DNA of 64,000 bases from Roseicyclus sp. (GCA_018401385.1 JAGYKZ010000004.1:748-64747); one strand, 5' to 3'; shown: positions 10,754 to 20,769, counted from the stretch's first letter. Notes: generated by a model not told the origin, from the letters alone. Program-made: numbers and translations.

Positions 10754-11329
10754 ATGGGGTGGCGTTCGTATCTTTCGATCTTTCTGGCTGTATTGGCGTT
10801 GAGTGGCTGCGCGAATCCTTCAGTATTCGCCAGTGACGAAGAGATCGCAACCGCCAGTTATCGGGAGCCAGGCCCGACTCGCATCACGCTCTTGACGATG
10901 TTGCGCACGGAAACGGGCGCTGGCGCGCACAGCGCCCTTGTTGTGGATGATGGCACGCAGCGCTTGGTATTTGATCCTGCGGGCGGCTGGTTTCACCCTG
11001 CCGCACCAGAGCGCAACGATGTGCTTTTTGGCATGAACCCAACGCTTTACGGGTTCTACACCCAATGGCACGCGCGCGAGACGCATCATATCGTGGTGCA
11101 GGAGGTTCTTTTGTCCCCTGAGCAGGCCCGATTCGTGGCGCAGCGGATCCAAGAAATTGGTCCCGTTCCAAAGGCCAATTGCTCGCGTTCCATCTCGACT
11201 CTGTTGCGCGAATTGCCGCAATTTTCCGATCTGTCCGTCACATGGTTCCCTGAAAAGACCATGAGAAATTTTGCCCGTTATGACGGCATCCGCACCTATG
11301 AAATCTGGGACGATGAGGACGAGGGATGA
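10754..11329 (+). CDS. Uncharacterised lipoprotein, possibly a permuted papain-like fold
   Basis: Lipobox LSGC; GAHSAL...FDPAG...ANCS. Confidence 0.75.
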   Translation: MGWRSYLSIFLAVLALSGCANPSVFASDEEIATASYREPGPTRITLLTMLRTETGAGAHSALVVDDGTQRLVFDPAGGWFHPAAPERNDVLFGMNPTLYGFYTQWHARETHHIVVQEVLLSPEQARFVAQRIQEIGPVPKANCSRSISTLLRELPQFSDLSVTWFPEKTMRNFARYDGIRTYEIWDDEDEG

Positions 11330-11354
11330 ACCCTTGACCATCTGACAGGCTCAC

Positions 11355-11398
11355 AAAAGAAAACCCCCGTGCCAGAAGGACGGGGGATATCTTTTTTC
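11355..11398. terminator. Bidirectional intrinsic terminator
   Basis: CCCCCGT/ACGGGGG stem flanked by A-rich and T-rich tracts, between convergent genes. Confidence 0.65.
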
Positions 11399-11429
11399 GA
11401 AGAAAACTTCGCGGTTGAGAGAGATTTGC

Positions 11430-11636
11430 TTAGAGCAAACCCTCACGCTGCGCTTTTTTCCGCGCCAGTTTGCGCGCACGGCGGATGGCTTCCGCTTTCT
11501 CGCGTGCTTTCTTGACGGAAGGCTTTTCGAAATGCTGCTTCAGCTTCATTTCACGAAAAACGCCCTCGCGCTGAAGTTTCTTCTTCAGGGCGCGCAATGC
11601 TTGATCAACATTGTTGTCGCGAACACTCACCTGCAT
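11430..11636 (-). CDS. rpsU: 30S ribosomal protein S21
   Basis: [31 protein letters not shown]...EKPS. Confidence 0.98.
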   Translation of the reverse strand: MQVSVRDNNVDQALRALKKKLQREGVFREMKLKQHFEKPSVKKAREKAEAIRRARKLARKKAQREGLL

Positions 11637-11740
11637 GTGGTGTCACCACCTTTCTAAGTTAGAGTTTCAAATTGCAGGAAGTGGCCATCTAGCAAGAATC
11701 TGCTAAGTTGTAAAGCAACAGAGGAAAAAGGAGCGATGCT

Positions 11741-12448
11741 ATGGAAAGCCCAGCCACGACCGAGCTGAAAGCGCGCATAGTGACGGTAGCATTGGATCAT
11801 GTGCCTTTTGACGGATGGTCCGATGCGGCCCTCTCTGCCGCGTTGCGCGATTGCGATGTTGATGAAGGCACAGGGCGTGCGCTTTTTCCACGCGGCGCGG
11901 TTGATTTGGCCTTGGCCTTTCATCGGCAGGGCGATGCGGATTTGCTGCGCGCTCTGCGCAATGCCGACCTGTCAGAGATGCGCTACCGTGATCGTGTGGC
12001 TTATGGGGTGCGTTTGCGCCTTGAGGCCGTTGCGGATCACAAGGAGGCGGTGCGCCGTGGCACGACCCTGTTCGCATTGCCCATCCACGCGGCAGATGGT
12101 GCCAAAGCCGTCTGGGAAACCGCTGACACGATTTGGGAGGGTCTTGGGGATCGCGCCAATGATTTCAATTGGTATTCCAAGCGCGTGACGTTGGCGGGGG
12201 TATATTCGGCCACAGTGCTTTATTGGCTGGGGGATCAATCGACGCATCATGAGGCCACATGGGAATTTTTGGATCGCCGGATCGAGAATGTGATGCAGGT
12301 TGAGAAGCTCAAGAAATCCGTCAACGAAAACCCCGCATTAAAGCCCTTGATGGCTGGTCCGAATTGGTTGCTTGGGAAAATTCGTCCGCCTGCGCGGGTC
12401 GCACGAATTGACCTGCCTGGATATATTCGTCCAAAAGACCAACAGTGA
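11741..12448 (+). CDS. COQ9 family protein (divergent from rpsU)
   Basis: HVPFDGWS, LFPRGAVDLA, DFNWYSKR and TWEFLDRRIENVMQ motifs, plus the rpsU-divergent position. Confidence 0.92.
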   Translation: MESPATTELKARIVTVALDHVPFDGWSDAALSAALRDCDVDEGTGRALFPRGAVDLALAFHRQGDADLLRALRNADLSEMRYRDRVAYGVRLRLEAVADHKEAVRRGTTLFALPIHAADGAKAVWETADTIWEGLGDRANDFNWYSKRVTLAGVYSATVLYWLGDQSTHHEATWEFLDRRIENVMQVEKLKKSVNENPALKPLMAGPNWLLGKIRPPARVARIDLPGYIRPKDQQ

Positions 12449-12468
12449 CGACAATTCCGGAGAGTTCC

Positions 12469-13461
12469 ATGACCCTGCCCGACACAATGCGCGCGGTTGA
12501 AATCAGCGAGCCGGGCGGGCCAGAGAGTTTTGACGCTGTGCAATCGCCCCTGTCCACGCCCTCAGGCCGAACAGATTTTGATCAAAATTGCTTATGCTGG
12601 GGTTAACCGACTGACGCACTACAACGCGCGGGGCTTTACGATCCGCCGAAAGGGGCTTCTGACCTGCCAGGGCTTGAGGCCTCTGGAACGGTTGTGGCGG
12701 TGGGCGATGCAGTGTCCGAATGGAAAATTGGGGATCAGGTTTGCGCACTTCTACCGGGCGGGGGATATGCAGAATATGCGCTGACCCATCAATCTCATGC
12801 TTTGCCCGTGCCAGAAGGCATGGATTTACGCGCCGCCGCTGCGCTTTGTGAGACATTTTTCACGGTATGGTCAAACGTGTTCCAACGCGCGGCCTTGCGA
12901 GCGGGTGAACGGCTTTTGGTGCATGGCGGTGCATCTGGGATTGGCACAACCGCAATCCAGCTGGCGCGTGCCTTTGGTGCGCGGGTTTACGTGACCGCAG
13001 GCCAAGACGAGAAATGCAAAGCTTGCGAAGCTTTGGGTGCAGAGCGAGCGATCAATTACCGCACAGAGGATTTCGTTGATATCATGCGTGCCGAAGGGGG
13101 CGCGGATGTCATCCTCGATATGGTGGGCGGCCCCTACTTGCCGCGCAATATCCCTGCGCTCGCGGATGATGGCCGCTTGGTGCAGATTGCCTTTTTGCAA
13201 GGCGCAAAGGTTGAAGTGAACTTCATGCAAATGATGACCCGGCGCTTGACGCTGACGGGGTCGACCCTGCGGCCTCAGTCGGATGCAGCCAAGGCCGCTA
13301 TTGCGGCACAACTGCGCACGCAAGTTTGGCCTTTGCTTGAAAGTGGCCAGATTGCGCCCGTGATGGACAGCAGCTTTGATTTGACCGAAGCCGCCGCCGC
13401 CCATGCCCGTATGGAGGCCTCGGCCCATATTGGGAAAATCGTTCTGGAAGTTGCGCCCTAA
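12469..13461 (+). CDS. NAD(P)H-quinone oxidoreductase (zeta-crystallin/PIG3 type); indels at ~12525-12615
   Basis: MTLPDTMRAVEISEPGGPE...AYAGVNR...PGLEASG...GGGYAEY...HGGASGIGT...GSTLRPQS...HIGKIVL, read across frames. Confidence 0.9.
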
Positions 13462-14165
13462 GCCTGTTCTAGGGTTTTGACCAGATCAGGCAGACCGCCC
13501 AAATCGGGCAGGCTGTGATAGCGCGTGTGGGTTGTGGGGGCATCTGCTTCCTCCAAAGCCCAAACATAGCTCGATGGCACATAGACACCAAAGGCCCCCG
13601 CCTCAAGCGCAGGGATCACATCCGATTTCATCGAATTTCCAGCCATCAGGGCCAAATTTGCGCTTGCGCCATGCCGCGCGAAAGCGCGGGTGTAAATTTC
13701 AGGCTTCTTGTCGCTGACAATCTCCACACCTTGGAAATAGTCACCCAAGCCTGATTGCGCCAATTTGCGCTCCTGATCCAGCAGGTCACCCTTGGTGATC
13801 AGAACCAGTGTATAAGCCTGCGACAGATCGCGCACCACACGCTCTGCGTGGGGCAAAAGCGTGATGGGATGTTGCAACATATCCTGACCTACAGCGAGGA
13901 TTTCGGCAATAACCGTGCCACTGACCTTGCCTTCGGTCACCTCAACTGCGGTTTCGATCATCGAGAGCATGAACCCTTTGATGCCAAAGCCATAATGGCC
14001 AATGTTGCGGCGCTCGGCTTCGAGAAGGCGGGCCTGCAAGTCGTCCTTAGGGCAACAATCGGAGAGGAGTTCTGTAAATCGGGCTTGGGTGACGCGGTAG
14101 AATTCCTCGTTTTGCCACAGCGTGTCATCCGCATCCAAACCGATAATTTGCAGCTTCTGTGTCAT
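13458..14165 (-). CDS. HAD family hydrolase
   Basis: DADDTLWQNE (motif I), ITKGDLLDQERK and GNSMKSDV. Confidence 0.9.
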   Translation of the reverse strand: MTQKLQIIGLDADDTLWQNEEFYRVTQARFTELLSDCCPKDDLQARLLEAERRNIGHYGFGIKGFMLSMIETAVEVTEGKVSGTVIAEILAVGQDMLQHPITLLPHAERVVRDLSQAYTLVLITKGDLLDQERKLAQSGLGDYFQGVEIVSDKKPEIYTRAFARHGASANLALMAGNSMKSDVIPALEAGAFGVYVPSSYVWALEEADAPTTHTRYHSLPDLGGLPDLVKTLEQA

Positions 14166-14298
14166 TACTTTATGCACGGCCTTGGCATATGCCTTGCGGC
14201 CCCTTTTCTGAATCACCTCATGGCTTATATAAATGCGCAAGGGAAATGGAACTATGCGTAAGCCAGTTTTTGACCAGATGGCCAGTTTTGGAGTTGAT

Positions 14299-14643
14299 AT
14301 GCGGCGCGATGGCTTGACGATGATGGCAAAACCTCCGGCGGAGGAAAACGACACCACCGTCATATCCAAAACCAAACCGAAAACACAGCGGCCACCCATG
14401 TATAAGGTGTTGCTGTTGAATGATGACTATACGCCGATGGAGTTTGTCGTTCACGTGTTGGAGCGGTTCTTTGGCATTTCCCACGCGCAGGCGGTGGAGA
14501 TTATGTTGACCGTGCATAAAAAAGGTGTGGCCGTTGTCGGTGTGTTCTCTTATGAGATTGCGGAAACCAAGGTGGCGCAGGTGATGGAGTTTGCGCGCCG
14601 CAATCAGCATCCGCTGCAATGCACCATGGAGAAAGAGGACTGA
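14299..14643 (+). CDS. clpS: ATP-dependent Clp protease adaptor ClpS
   Basis: [18 protein letters not shown]...MLTVHKKG...AETKV...[16 protein letters not shown] before 14299; 14320 is an alternative start. Confidence 0.96.
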   Translation: MRRDGLTMMAKPPAEENDTTVISKTKPKTQRPPMYKVLLLNDDYTPMEFVVHVLERFFGISHAQAVEIMLTVHKKGVAVVGVFSYEIAETKVAQVMEFARRNQHPLQCTMEKED

Positions 14644-14664
14644 ACCCCAGTCCCCCAACATCGT

Positions 14665-15687
14665 ATGACCCCTGACCGTTGGATTTCCGCGATTGAGCAA
14701 AATGTGCTGCACCTGTCTGGTGCGCGCAATCTTGTGGTCTTGGGTGCGCAGGCGGATATGCAGCTGACCGCATTTGGGGCCGATGATCTGTTGGCTGTGC
14801 AAGGGTTCTACCCAGAATATACCCTTCTGGAAGCGGGTGGCCTGAGGGTCGTGCCCGCGCTGCCAGAGGGCGTGGCCGAAGCATATGATTTGGCCCTTGT
14901 CATCGCGCATAAATCCAAGCCCGTGACATTCGCGCGGATCGCACAGGCTTTGATGGCCTTGCGCAAGGGGGGGCTTCTCATGGTGGACGGGCCAAAAACC
15001 CTTGGGATCGAGTCGATCCTAAGGGCGGTCAGGTCGGCTTTTGATGGGGTTGAGGTATTCTCCAAATCCCATGGCAAGCTTTTGTGGCTGACCCGCCCCG
15101 ATAACCTGCCTGGGGTCTGTGAAGGGTGGTTGGGAAATCCCACGCAGACGGAAGACGGGCATATTGTCCCCGTGGGTGGCTTTTCGAGTGACGGGCCAGA
15201 TCAAGGGTCGGAAATTCTCATCGCGCTTGCCCCGAAGCTCAAAGGCCGTGTGGCCGATTTGGGTGCGGGCTGGGGCTATATCGCGGCGCATATATTGGCT
15301 GAGCAGGGTGCAATTGAAACCCTCGATTTGATCGAGGCGGATCACGCGGCAATCGAGGCGGCGCGACAGAATATCACCGATGCCCGTGCAAGATTTTTCT
15401 GGGCGGATGCCACAGGTTTCAAGCCTGAGGCGCTCTATGATGCGGTGCTGTGTAATCCGCCTTTCATACAGGGCGCGCAGGGATCCTGCCTTAGGGCAAA
15501 AGCATTTATATCGGCGGCAAGTCGCCTGCTAAAGCCTTCGGGGCAATTTGTGATGGTTGCGAACCGCCACCTGCCTTATGAAGAGGCGCTGAAGACGCAT
15601 TTTTCTACGGGTCGTATGTTGGCAGAAATGCACGGCTATAAGCTCTATCAAGCAAGCAAACCAAAGACGGCGCGTCAAGCGCGCTGA
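14665..15687 (+). CDS. RsmC-like class I SAM-dependent methyltransferase (MTS domain)
   Basis: FSSDGPDQGS, VADLGAGWG, NPPF and VANRHLPYE motifs. Local compensating indels after NPPF (HTGRA and DPALG are readable in shifted frames). Confidence 0.88.
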   Translation: MTPDRWISAIEQNVLHLSGARNLVVLGAQADMQLTAFGADDLLAVQGFYPEYTLLEAGGLRVVPALPEGVAEAYDLALVIAHKSKPVTFARIAQALMALRKGGLLMVDGPKTLGIESILRAVRSAFDGVEVFSKSHGKLLWLTRPDNLPGVCEGWLGNPTQTEDGHIVPVGGFSSDGPDQGSEILIALAPKLKGRVADLGAGWGYIAAHILAEQGAIETLDLIEADHAAIEAARQNITDARARFFWADATGFKPEALYDAVLCNPPFIQGAQGSCLRAKAFISAASRLLKPSGQFVMVANRHLPYEEALKTHFSTGRMLAEMHGYKLYQASKPKTARQAR

Positions 15688-15707
15688 TCTGGTCAAAGGG
15701 GTTGCAG

Positions 15708-16520
15708 ATGTCCTTATCCATTCAAGGGAAAACAGCGATTGTAACGGGTGCCGCCAATGGAATTGGCCTCGCAATCGCGCGCCATTTTGCCGATTTGGGC
15801 GCAAATGTCATGTTTACAGACCGCGATGAAGAGCGCCTTTTTGACGAATGCGGTGCTTCTGATGATGAACGTGCGCCGAATATCCGCGCTTTCGCGGGCG
15901 ACTTGAGCGAGAAATTGACCGTGGCCAATCTGATTTCGGCTACGATTGATGCGTTTGACCGTATTGATATCCTGGTAAATGCGTGTCGTCAGATCATGCC
16001 GACAGACCCGTTTGATCCCGCAGATCAAAGTATCGAGCAGATGTTGCAGCAAAACCTGTTTACGTCCCTACGCCTGAGCCAAGCTGTTGCGAAAAAGATG
16101 ATTGCGCAGGCCCAAGGCGAAGACCACGAGGATGAGAGCATCGGCGCGATTGTGAATATCTCAAATATTGCAGCGCTGGGCAGTCATCCAGATCTATTGG
16201 GCTATTCCATATCGCTGGCCGCGCTGGAACAGGCGACCCGCTCGCTGGCCTTGTCGTTGGCACCCAATCGCATTCGTGTGAATGCGGTGTCCTTTGGGTC
16301 TGTCATGTCGGCCAGCCTGCAAGCTGGTTTGGCGGAGGATGATGCCAAGCGCAAAGATATTCAAACTCATACGCCGCTTGGCCGCATTGCCTCCGCCCGC
16401 GAAGTGGCGGGCGCGGTGCAATTCCTTGCCTCCGAAGGGGCGGGGTTTGTCACGGGGCAGGTTCTATGCGTGGATGGTGGGCGCAGTCTGCTTGATCCCG
16501 TATCTGTCCCGCTCCATTAA
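15708..16520 (+). CDS. Short-chain dehydrogenase/reductase
   Basis: TGAANGIG, IDILVNA, RIRVNAV, TPLGR and VTGQVLCVDGG motifs. Confidence 0.9.
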   Translation: MSLSIQGKTAIVTGAANGIGLAIARHFADLGANVMFTDRDEERLFDECGASDDERAPNIRAFAGDLSEKLTVANLISATIDAFDRIDILVNACRQIMPTDPFDPADQSIEQMLQQNLFTSLRLSQAVAKKMIAQAQGEDHEDESIGAIVNISNIAALGSHPDLLGYSISLAALEQATRSLALSLAPNRIRVNAVSFGSVMSASLQAGLAEDDAKRKDIQTHTPLGRIASAREVAGAVQFLASEGAGFVTGQVLCVDGGRSLLDPVSVPLH

Positions 16521-16552
16521 AAAGCCGCACAGCCTTGGTGGCGTGCGGCTTT
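16521..16552. terminator. Bidirectional intrinsic terminator
   Basis: AAAGCCGCAC...GTGCGGCTTT inverted repeat between convergent genes. Confidence 0.7.
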
Positions 16553-16580
16553 CACAGTGATTTAGGGGATTCCCAAAGGA

Positions 16581-17336
16581 TCAGTGATCGTCTTCATCCT
16601 TGTCGTCAGGCAGGTTGAAGAAACTGTCTGCATCATAGGTTTTTTCGTCTTCCGCCTCATCTTCATCTGCGGATGTGTCATTCCCCGACAAGGTAAAGGT
16701 TTCAAGGCCTGAAATCGCGCTTGGCATTTTAGATTCTGAACCGCCCGCAAGACTTTGCTCGGTCGAGACCAACTTGCGGCGTTCATCATCGCTCATCACG
16801 ATGCCCTCCTTGGCGCGTTTTGCATTGGCGGCTTGGACCGCCGCATCCAATTCGGATTGCTTGCAAAGGCCAAGCGCGACCGGGTCAATCGGTTGGATAT
16901 TTGAGATGTTCCAATGCGTGCGTTCGCGAATGGCTTGGATTGTAGGTTTTGTTGTGCCAACCAACTTGCCGATTTGGCCGTCAGATAATTCTGGGTGAAA
17001 CTTGACCAACCACAGGATCGAAGCAGGGCGGTCTTGCCGTTTGGACAGCGGCGTATAGCGCGGGCCGCGGCGCTTTTCCTCGCCCGCAGCGGCAGGATTA
17101 TGCTTCAACTTCAGCGTGTGCGCGGGATCATTCTCGCCGCGCGCAATTTCGTCCTGATCCAGCTGATTGTTGGCAATTGGATCAAACCCTTTCACCCCAG
17201 TCGCCACATCGCCATCGGCAATGCCTTGCACTTCCAATTCGTGCAAGCCGCAGAAATCACCAATCTGCTTGAAGCTGAGGGTGGTGTTGTCCACCAGCCA
17301 AACGGCGGTGGCCTTGGCCATAATCGGTTTCGTCAT
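16581..17336 (-). CDS. trcR: DUF1013 family cell-cycle transcriptional regulator (TrcR-like)
   Basis: MTKPIMAKATAVWLVDNTTLSFKQI..FCGLHELEVQGIADG, GPRYTPLSKRQDRP and PIDPVALGLC; acidic tail. Confidence 0.88.
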   Translation of the reverse strand: MTKPIMAKATAVWLVDNTTLSFKQIGDFCGLHELEVQGIADGDVATGVKGFDPIANNQLDQDEIARGENDPAHTLKLKHNPAAAGEEKRRGPRYTPLSKRQDRPASILWLVKFHPELSDGQIGKLVGTTKPTIQAIRERTHWNISNIQPIDPVALGLCKQSELDAAVQAANAKRAKEGIVMSDDERRKLVSTEQSLAGGSESKMPSAISGLETFTLSGNDTSADEDEAEDEKTYDADSFFNLPDDKDEDDH

Positions 17337-17468
17337 CTGTGGCTCCTTTTCGGATGCAATCGGGCGGGCGCTGAAACAACGCTGCGGCAGGGCCGCAATT
17401 CCTCGATTTCGGGGAAGTTGGTGGTTATATAAGACAGTGATTGGCACAAGGAAAGAGGGAAACGCGGG

Positions 17469-18116
17469 ATGGGGTGCAGATTGATTGGGGCCATGCTGAT
17501 GGCTGTGGCGCTTGTGGGGGGCGCAAAGGGCACGGTGGCGGATCAGGCGGGTGACTTCGATCTCTATGTGCTTGCCCTCAGTTGGAGCCCGACATGGTGT
17601 GCCATTGAGGGGGATGAACGCGGCGCCGCGCAATGCGAAGCGGGCGCAGGTTATGGGCTGACCTTGCATGGGCTGTGGCCACAATACGAGACGGGCTGGC
17701 CAAGCTATTGCAGGACCTCTGCGCGCGGGCCAAGTGACCTCATGACAGCGCGGATGATTGATATCATGGGAAGCTCTGGGCTTGCGTGGCATCAATGGCG
17801 CAAGCATGGGGTTTGTTCTGGCCTCTCTGCTGAGGCGTATTTCGCCCTCTCGCGCAGCGCCTATGAGGCTGTGACTGTCCCCGCCGTTCTCACACAACTT
17901 GACCGACCAGTGCGCCTGCCCGCCCAAGTGGTGGAGGAGGCTCTGCGCGAAGCGAACCCTGATCTCACGGATCGCGGCGTGGTCACCACCTGTCGCGATG
18001 GTCGGGTTGCGGAATTGCGCATTTGTCTAACCCGCGATTTACAGCCCCGCGATTGCCCCGCCGATATGGGGCGCGATTGTTCGTTGCGGGAGGCGCTGTT
18101 TGATCCGATCCGCTGA
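17469..18116 (+). CDS. Ribonuclease T2 family, periplasmic
   Basis: Signal peptide; YVLALSWSPTWC, TLHGLWPQ (CAS I) and HQWRKHGVC (CAS II). Confidence 0.95.
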   Translation: MGCRLIGAMLMAVALVGGAKGTVADQAGDFDLYVLALSWSPTWCAIEGDERGAAQCEAGAGYGLTLHGLWPQYETGWPSYCRTSARGPSDLMTARMIDIMGSSGLAWHQWRKHGVCSGLSAEAYFALSRSAYEAVTVPAVLTQLDRPVRLPAQVVEEALREANPDLTDRGVVTTCRDGRVAELRICLTRDLQPRDCPADMGRDCSLREALFDPIR

Positions 18117-18185
18117 TGCGCGCTTGCAGTTGCGGTACGGGCGTGCATCACTCGCCCCCTCAACGCAATCGGGAGAATCGGCATC

Positions 18186-19181
18186 ATGGCAGCCCCCATT
18201 CGTGTGGCAATTAACGGCTTTGGTCGCATCGGGCGCACCGTGCTGCGCGCGTGGTTGAAGGGCGGGTGGCCTGAGATCGAGATTGTCGCCATCAATGATA
18301 TTGCATCGCTCGAGGCCTGTGCCTATCTCTTTGAATATGATAGCGTTTTTGGCCCTTACGCGGGCGAAGTGGCCTACACAGACGATGCATTGGTGATTGA
18401 TGGGCGTGCCATTGCATTTACCTGCGAGCCTGATCTGGCGGCGTTGTCCCTTGCGGCTGTGGATATTCTGATGGAATGCACGGGGCGCGCCAAGGATCGG
18501 CGGATTGCTGAGGCAGGTTTGCGCGCAGGTGCTGCGCGGGTGCTGATTTCTGGCCCTTCGCCTGATGCGGATGTGACCTTCGTTTTGGGTGCGAATGATG
18601 CGGCGCTCTCGCCCGAGGCGCGGATTGTGTCAAACGCATCTTGCACGACCAATGCGACCGCGCCTTTGATGCGGGTTTTGGACGAGGCCTTTGGGGTCGA
18701 GACGGCATTGATGACGACAGTGCATTGCTACACGGGCAGCCAACCCACTGTGGATATGCCCATGGGGGATTTGGTGCGCTCGCGCGCTGCTGCCTTGTCG
18801 ATGGTGCCCACAACTACCAGTGCGGAGCAATTGATCGACCTTGTGCTGCCGCATCTTGCGGGGCGGATCACGGGGTCGGCGATCCGTGTGCCGACCGCAA
18901 GCGTGTCTTGCATTGATTTGGCGGTGATCACCGAAAAGCGACCTTCTGTTGAGGCGGCACGCGAAGTGCTGCGCGCAGCGAAAGGGCCGATCTTGGGCTA
19001 CACCGAGGCACCTGTTGTCTCCACTGACTTGCGCGCGCGCCCCCAATCGCTGATCGTGCAGGGTGATCAGATCAAACGCTCCAAGGGCGGGATGCTGCGC
19101 GTCTTCGGGTGGTATGACAATGAATGGGGATTTTCTGCGCGGATGTTGGATGTGGCGCGCAAGATGGGGGCGCAAGCCTGA
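18186..19181 (+). CDS. Type I glyceraldehyde-3-phosphate dehydrogenase family paralog (divergent)
   Basis: INGFGRIGR, YDSVFG, SNASCTTN, RVPT and WYDNEWGFS motifs. Confidence 0.9.
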   Translation: MAAPIRVAINGFGRIGRTVLRAWLKGGWPEIEIVAINDIASLEACAYLFEYDSVFGPYAGEVAYTDDALVIDGRAIAFTCEPDLAALSLAAVDILMECTGRAKDRRIAEAGLRAGAARVLISGPSPDADVTFVLGANDAALSPEARIVSNASCTTNATAPLMRVLDEAFGVETALMTTVHCYTGSQPTVDMPMGDLVRSRAAALSMVPTTTSAEQLIDLVLPHLAGRITGSAIRVPTASVSCIDLAVITEKRPSVEAAREVLRAAKGPILGYTEAPVVSTDLRARPQSLIVQGDQIKRSKGGMLRVFGWYDNEWGFSARMLDVARKMGAQA

Positions 19182-19201
19182 ACAAGAAAGGAGCGAGGAT
19201 C

Positions 19202-20650
19202 ATGGCAGATTGGAAAAACTGGATGCGTGAGGCGAATTATATCGCGGGCGCATGGGTGGGTGCCGATGATGGTGCGACCTTAGAGGTCACAAACCCCGCC
19301 ACGGGCGAGGTGATCGGGTCCATCCCCAAATCTGGCGCGTCCGAGACGATGCGCGCGATTGATGCAGCCCATGCAGCCTTTCCCGCCTTTGCAGGCATGG
19401 ATTTGATCGGGCGCTTGGCGTTGTTGTGGAAGTTGCACGATGCGTTGATGGACAATCAAGCCAGTCTTGCCGAATTGCTGACCCGCGAAATGGGTAAGCC
19501 CCTGGCCGAAGCCAAGGGTGAGATCGCCATCGGTGCGCAATATCTGCGCTGGTATGCGGAGGAGGCCCGCCGCGTGAAGGGCGAGATCGTGCCTGCGGGG
19601 GTCAATGGGCGGCGTATCTTGGTCACAAAGCATCCAGTGGGCGTTGTGGGGATGATCACGCCGTGGAATTTTCCCTCCTCCATGCTCGCGCGCAAATTGG
19701 CGCCTGCTTTGGCGGTGGGCTGCACGGTGGTGGCAAAACCGTCTGAGGAAACCCCCTATTCTGGTTTGGCATGGGCGGCCTTGGCCGAGGACGTGGGCTA
19801 TCCAAAAGGGGTGATCAATATTGTTACAGGGGACGCACCCGCCATTGGCGGTGCGATGATGGCGCGGCCTGAGCTGCGCAAAGTGACCTTCACCGGGTCG
19901 ACCAATGTGGGCAAGCTGCTGATCCGCCAATCGGCCGACACTGTCAAAAAAGTTTCGATGGAACTGGGCGGCAACGCCCCTTTCATCGTTTTTGATGACG
20001 CGGATCTGGATATTGCAATCGAGGGGGTGATGGCCTCGAAATTCCGCAATTCTGGTCAGACCTGCGTCTGCGCCAACCGTGTCTTTGTGCAGGCGGGCGT
20101 GCATGATGAATTCGTGGCGCGGCTGGTCGAGAAGACCCGCGCGCTGAAGCTTGGCGATGGTATGGATGCAGGCGTGACCCAAGGGCCGCTGATCAATCAG
20201 GCAGCGCTGAAAAAGGTCGAGGGCTTCGTTGAGGATGCCAAGGCCAAAGGGGCAGTCGTGGCCACAGGTGGGATGCGCGACCAGTTGGGTGGCACATTCT
20301 TTCAGCCAACCGTTTTAACGGGGGCCAATGCAGATATGGAATTCGCGCAAGAGGAGATTTTTGGCCCCGTAGCCCCTGTATTCAAATTTGAAACAGATCA
20401 AGATGGGATCGACATGGCCAATAACACCCGATTTGGCTTGGCGGCCTATGCCTACACATCCGACTTGGCGCGTGCGATGCGGCTTGATCGGGATTTGGAA
20501 TATGGGATGGTCGGGATCAATTCAGGCATGATCACCACGGTCGAAGCGCCGTTTGGGGGCATTAAGGAATCGGGCCTCGGCAAAGAGGGCGGCAGCCAAG
20601 GGATCGAAGATTATCTCAACACCAAATATGTCTGCATAGACGGTATTTAG
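19202..20650 (+). CDS. gabD: NAD(P)-dependent succinate-semialdehyde dehydrogenase family aldehyde dehydrogenase
   Basis: ITPWNFPSSM, FTGST, MELGGNAPF, FRNSGQTCVCANR, EEIFGPVAP and PFGGIKESGLGKEG motifs. Confidence 0.88.
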   Translation: MADWKNWMREANYIAGAWVGADDGATLEVTNPATGEVIGSIPKSGASETMRAIDAAHAAFPAFAGMDLIGRLALLWKLHDALMDNQASLAELLTREMGKPLAEAKGEIAIGAQYLRWYAEEARRVKGEIVPAGVNGRRILVTKHPVGVVGMITPWNFPSSMLARKLAPALAVGCTVVAKPSEETPYSGLAWAALAEDVGYPKGVINIVTGDAPAIGGAMMARPELRKVTFTGSTNVGKLLIRQSADTVKKVSMELGGNAPFIVFDDADLDIAIEGVMASKFRNSGQTCVCANRVFVQAGVHDEFVARLVEKTRALKLGDGMDAGVTQGPLINQAALKKVEGFVEDAKAKGAVVATGGMRDQLGGTFFQPTVLTGANADMEFAQEEIFGPVAPVFKFETDQDGIDMANNTRFGLAAYAYTSDLARAMRLDRDLEYGMVGINSGMITTVEAPFGGIKESGLGKEGGSQGIEDYLNTKYVCIDGI

Positions 20651-20769
20651 GCCCAATTCCCTCGACCTGTTGCGTGTGGGGGTGTGCGCAATGGTCGAGG
20701 GGCGCTTGGGCGCTACGGGCCTCGGTTGACCCTATGGTTACATAACGACCAAAGTTTGTGGCGATTTAA

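Noticed and set aside
17337-17927. 448-aa extended version of the DUF1013 ORF
   Set aside because: The extension overlaps the RNase T2 gene on the opposite strand. The real start is the ATG at 17336, which has an AAGGAG RBS.
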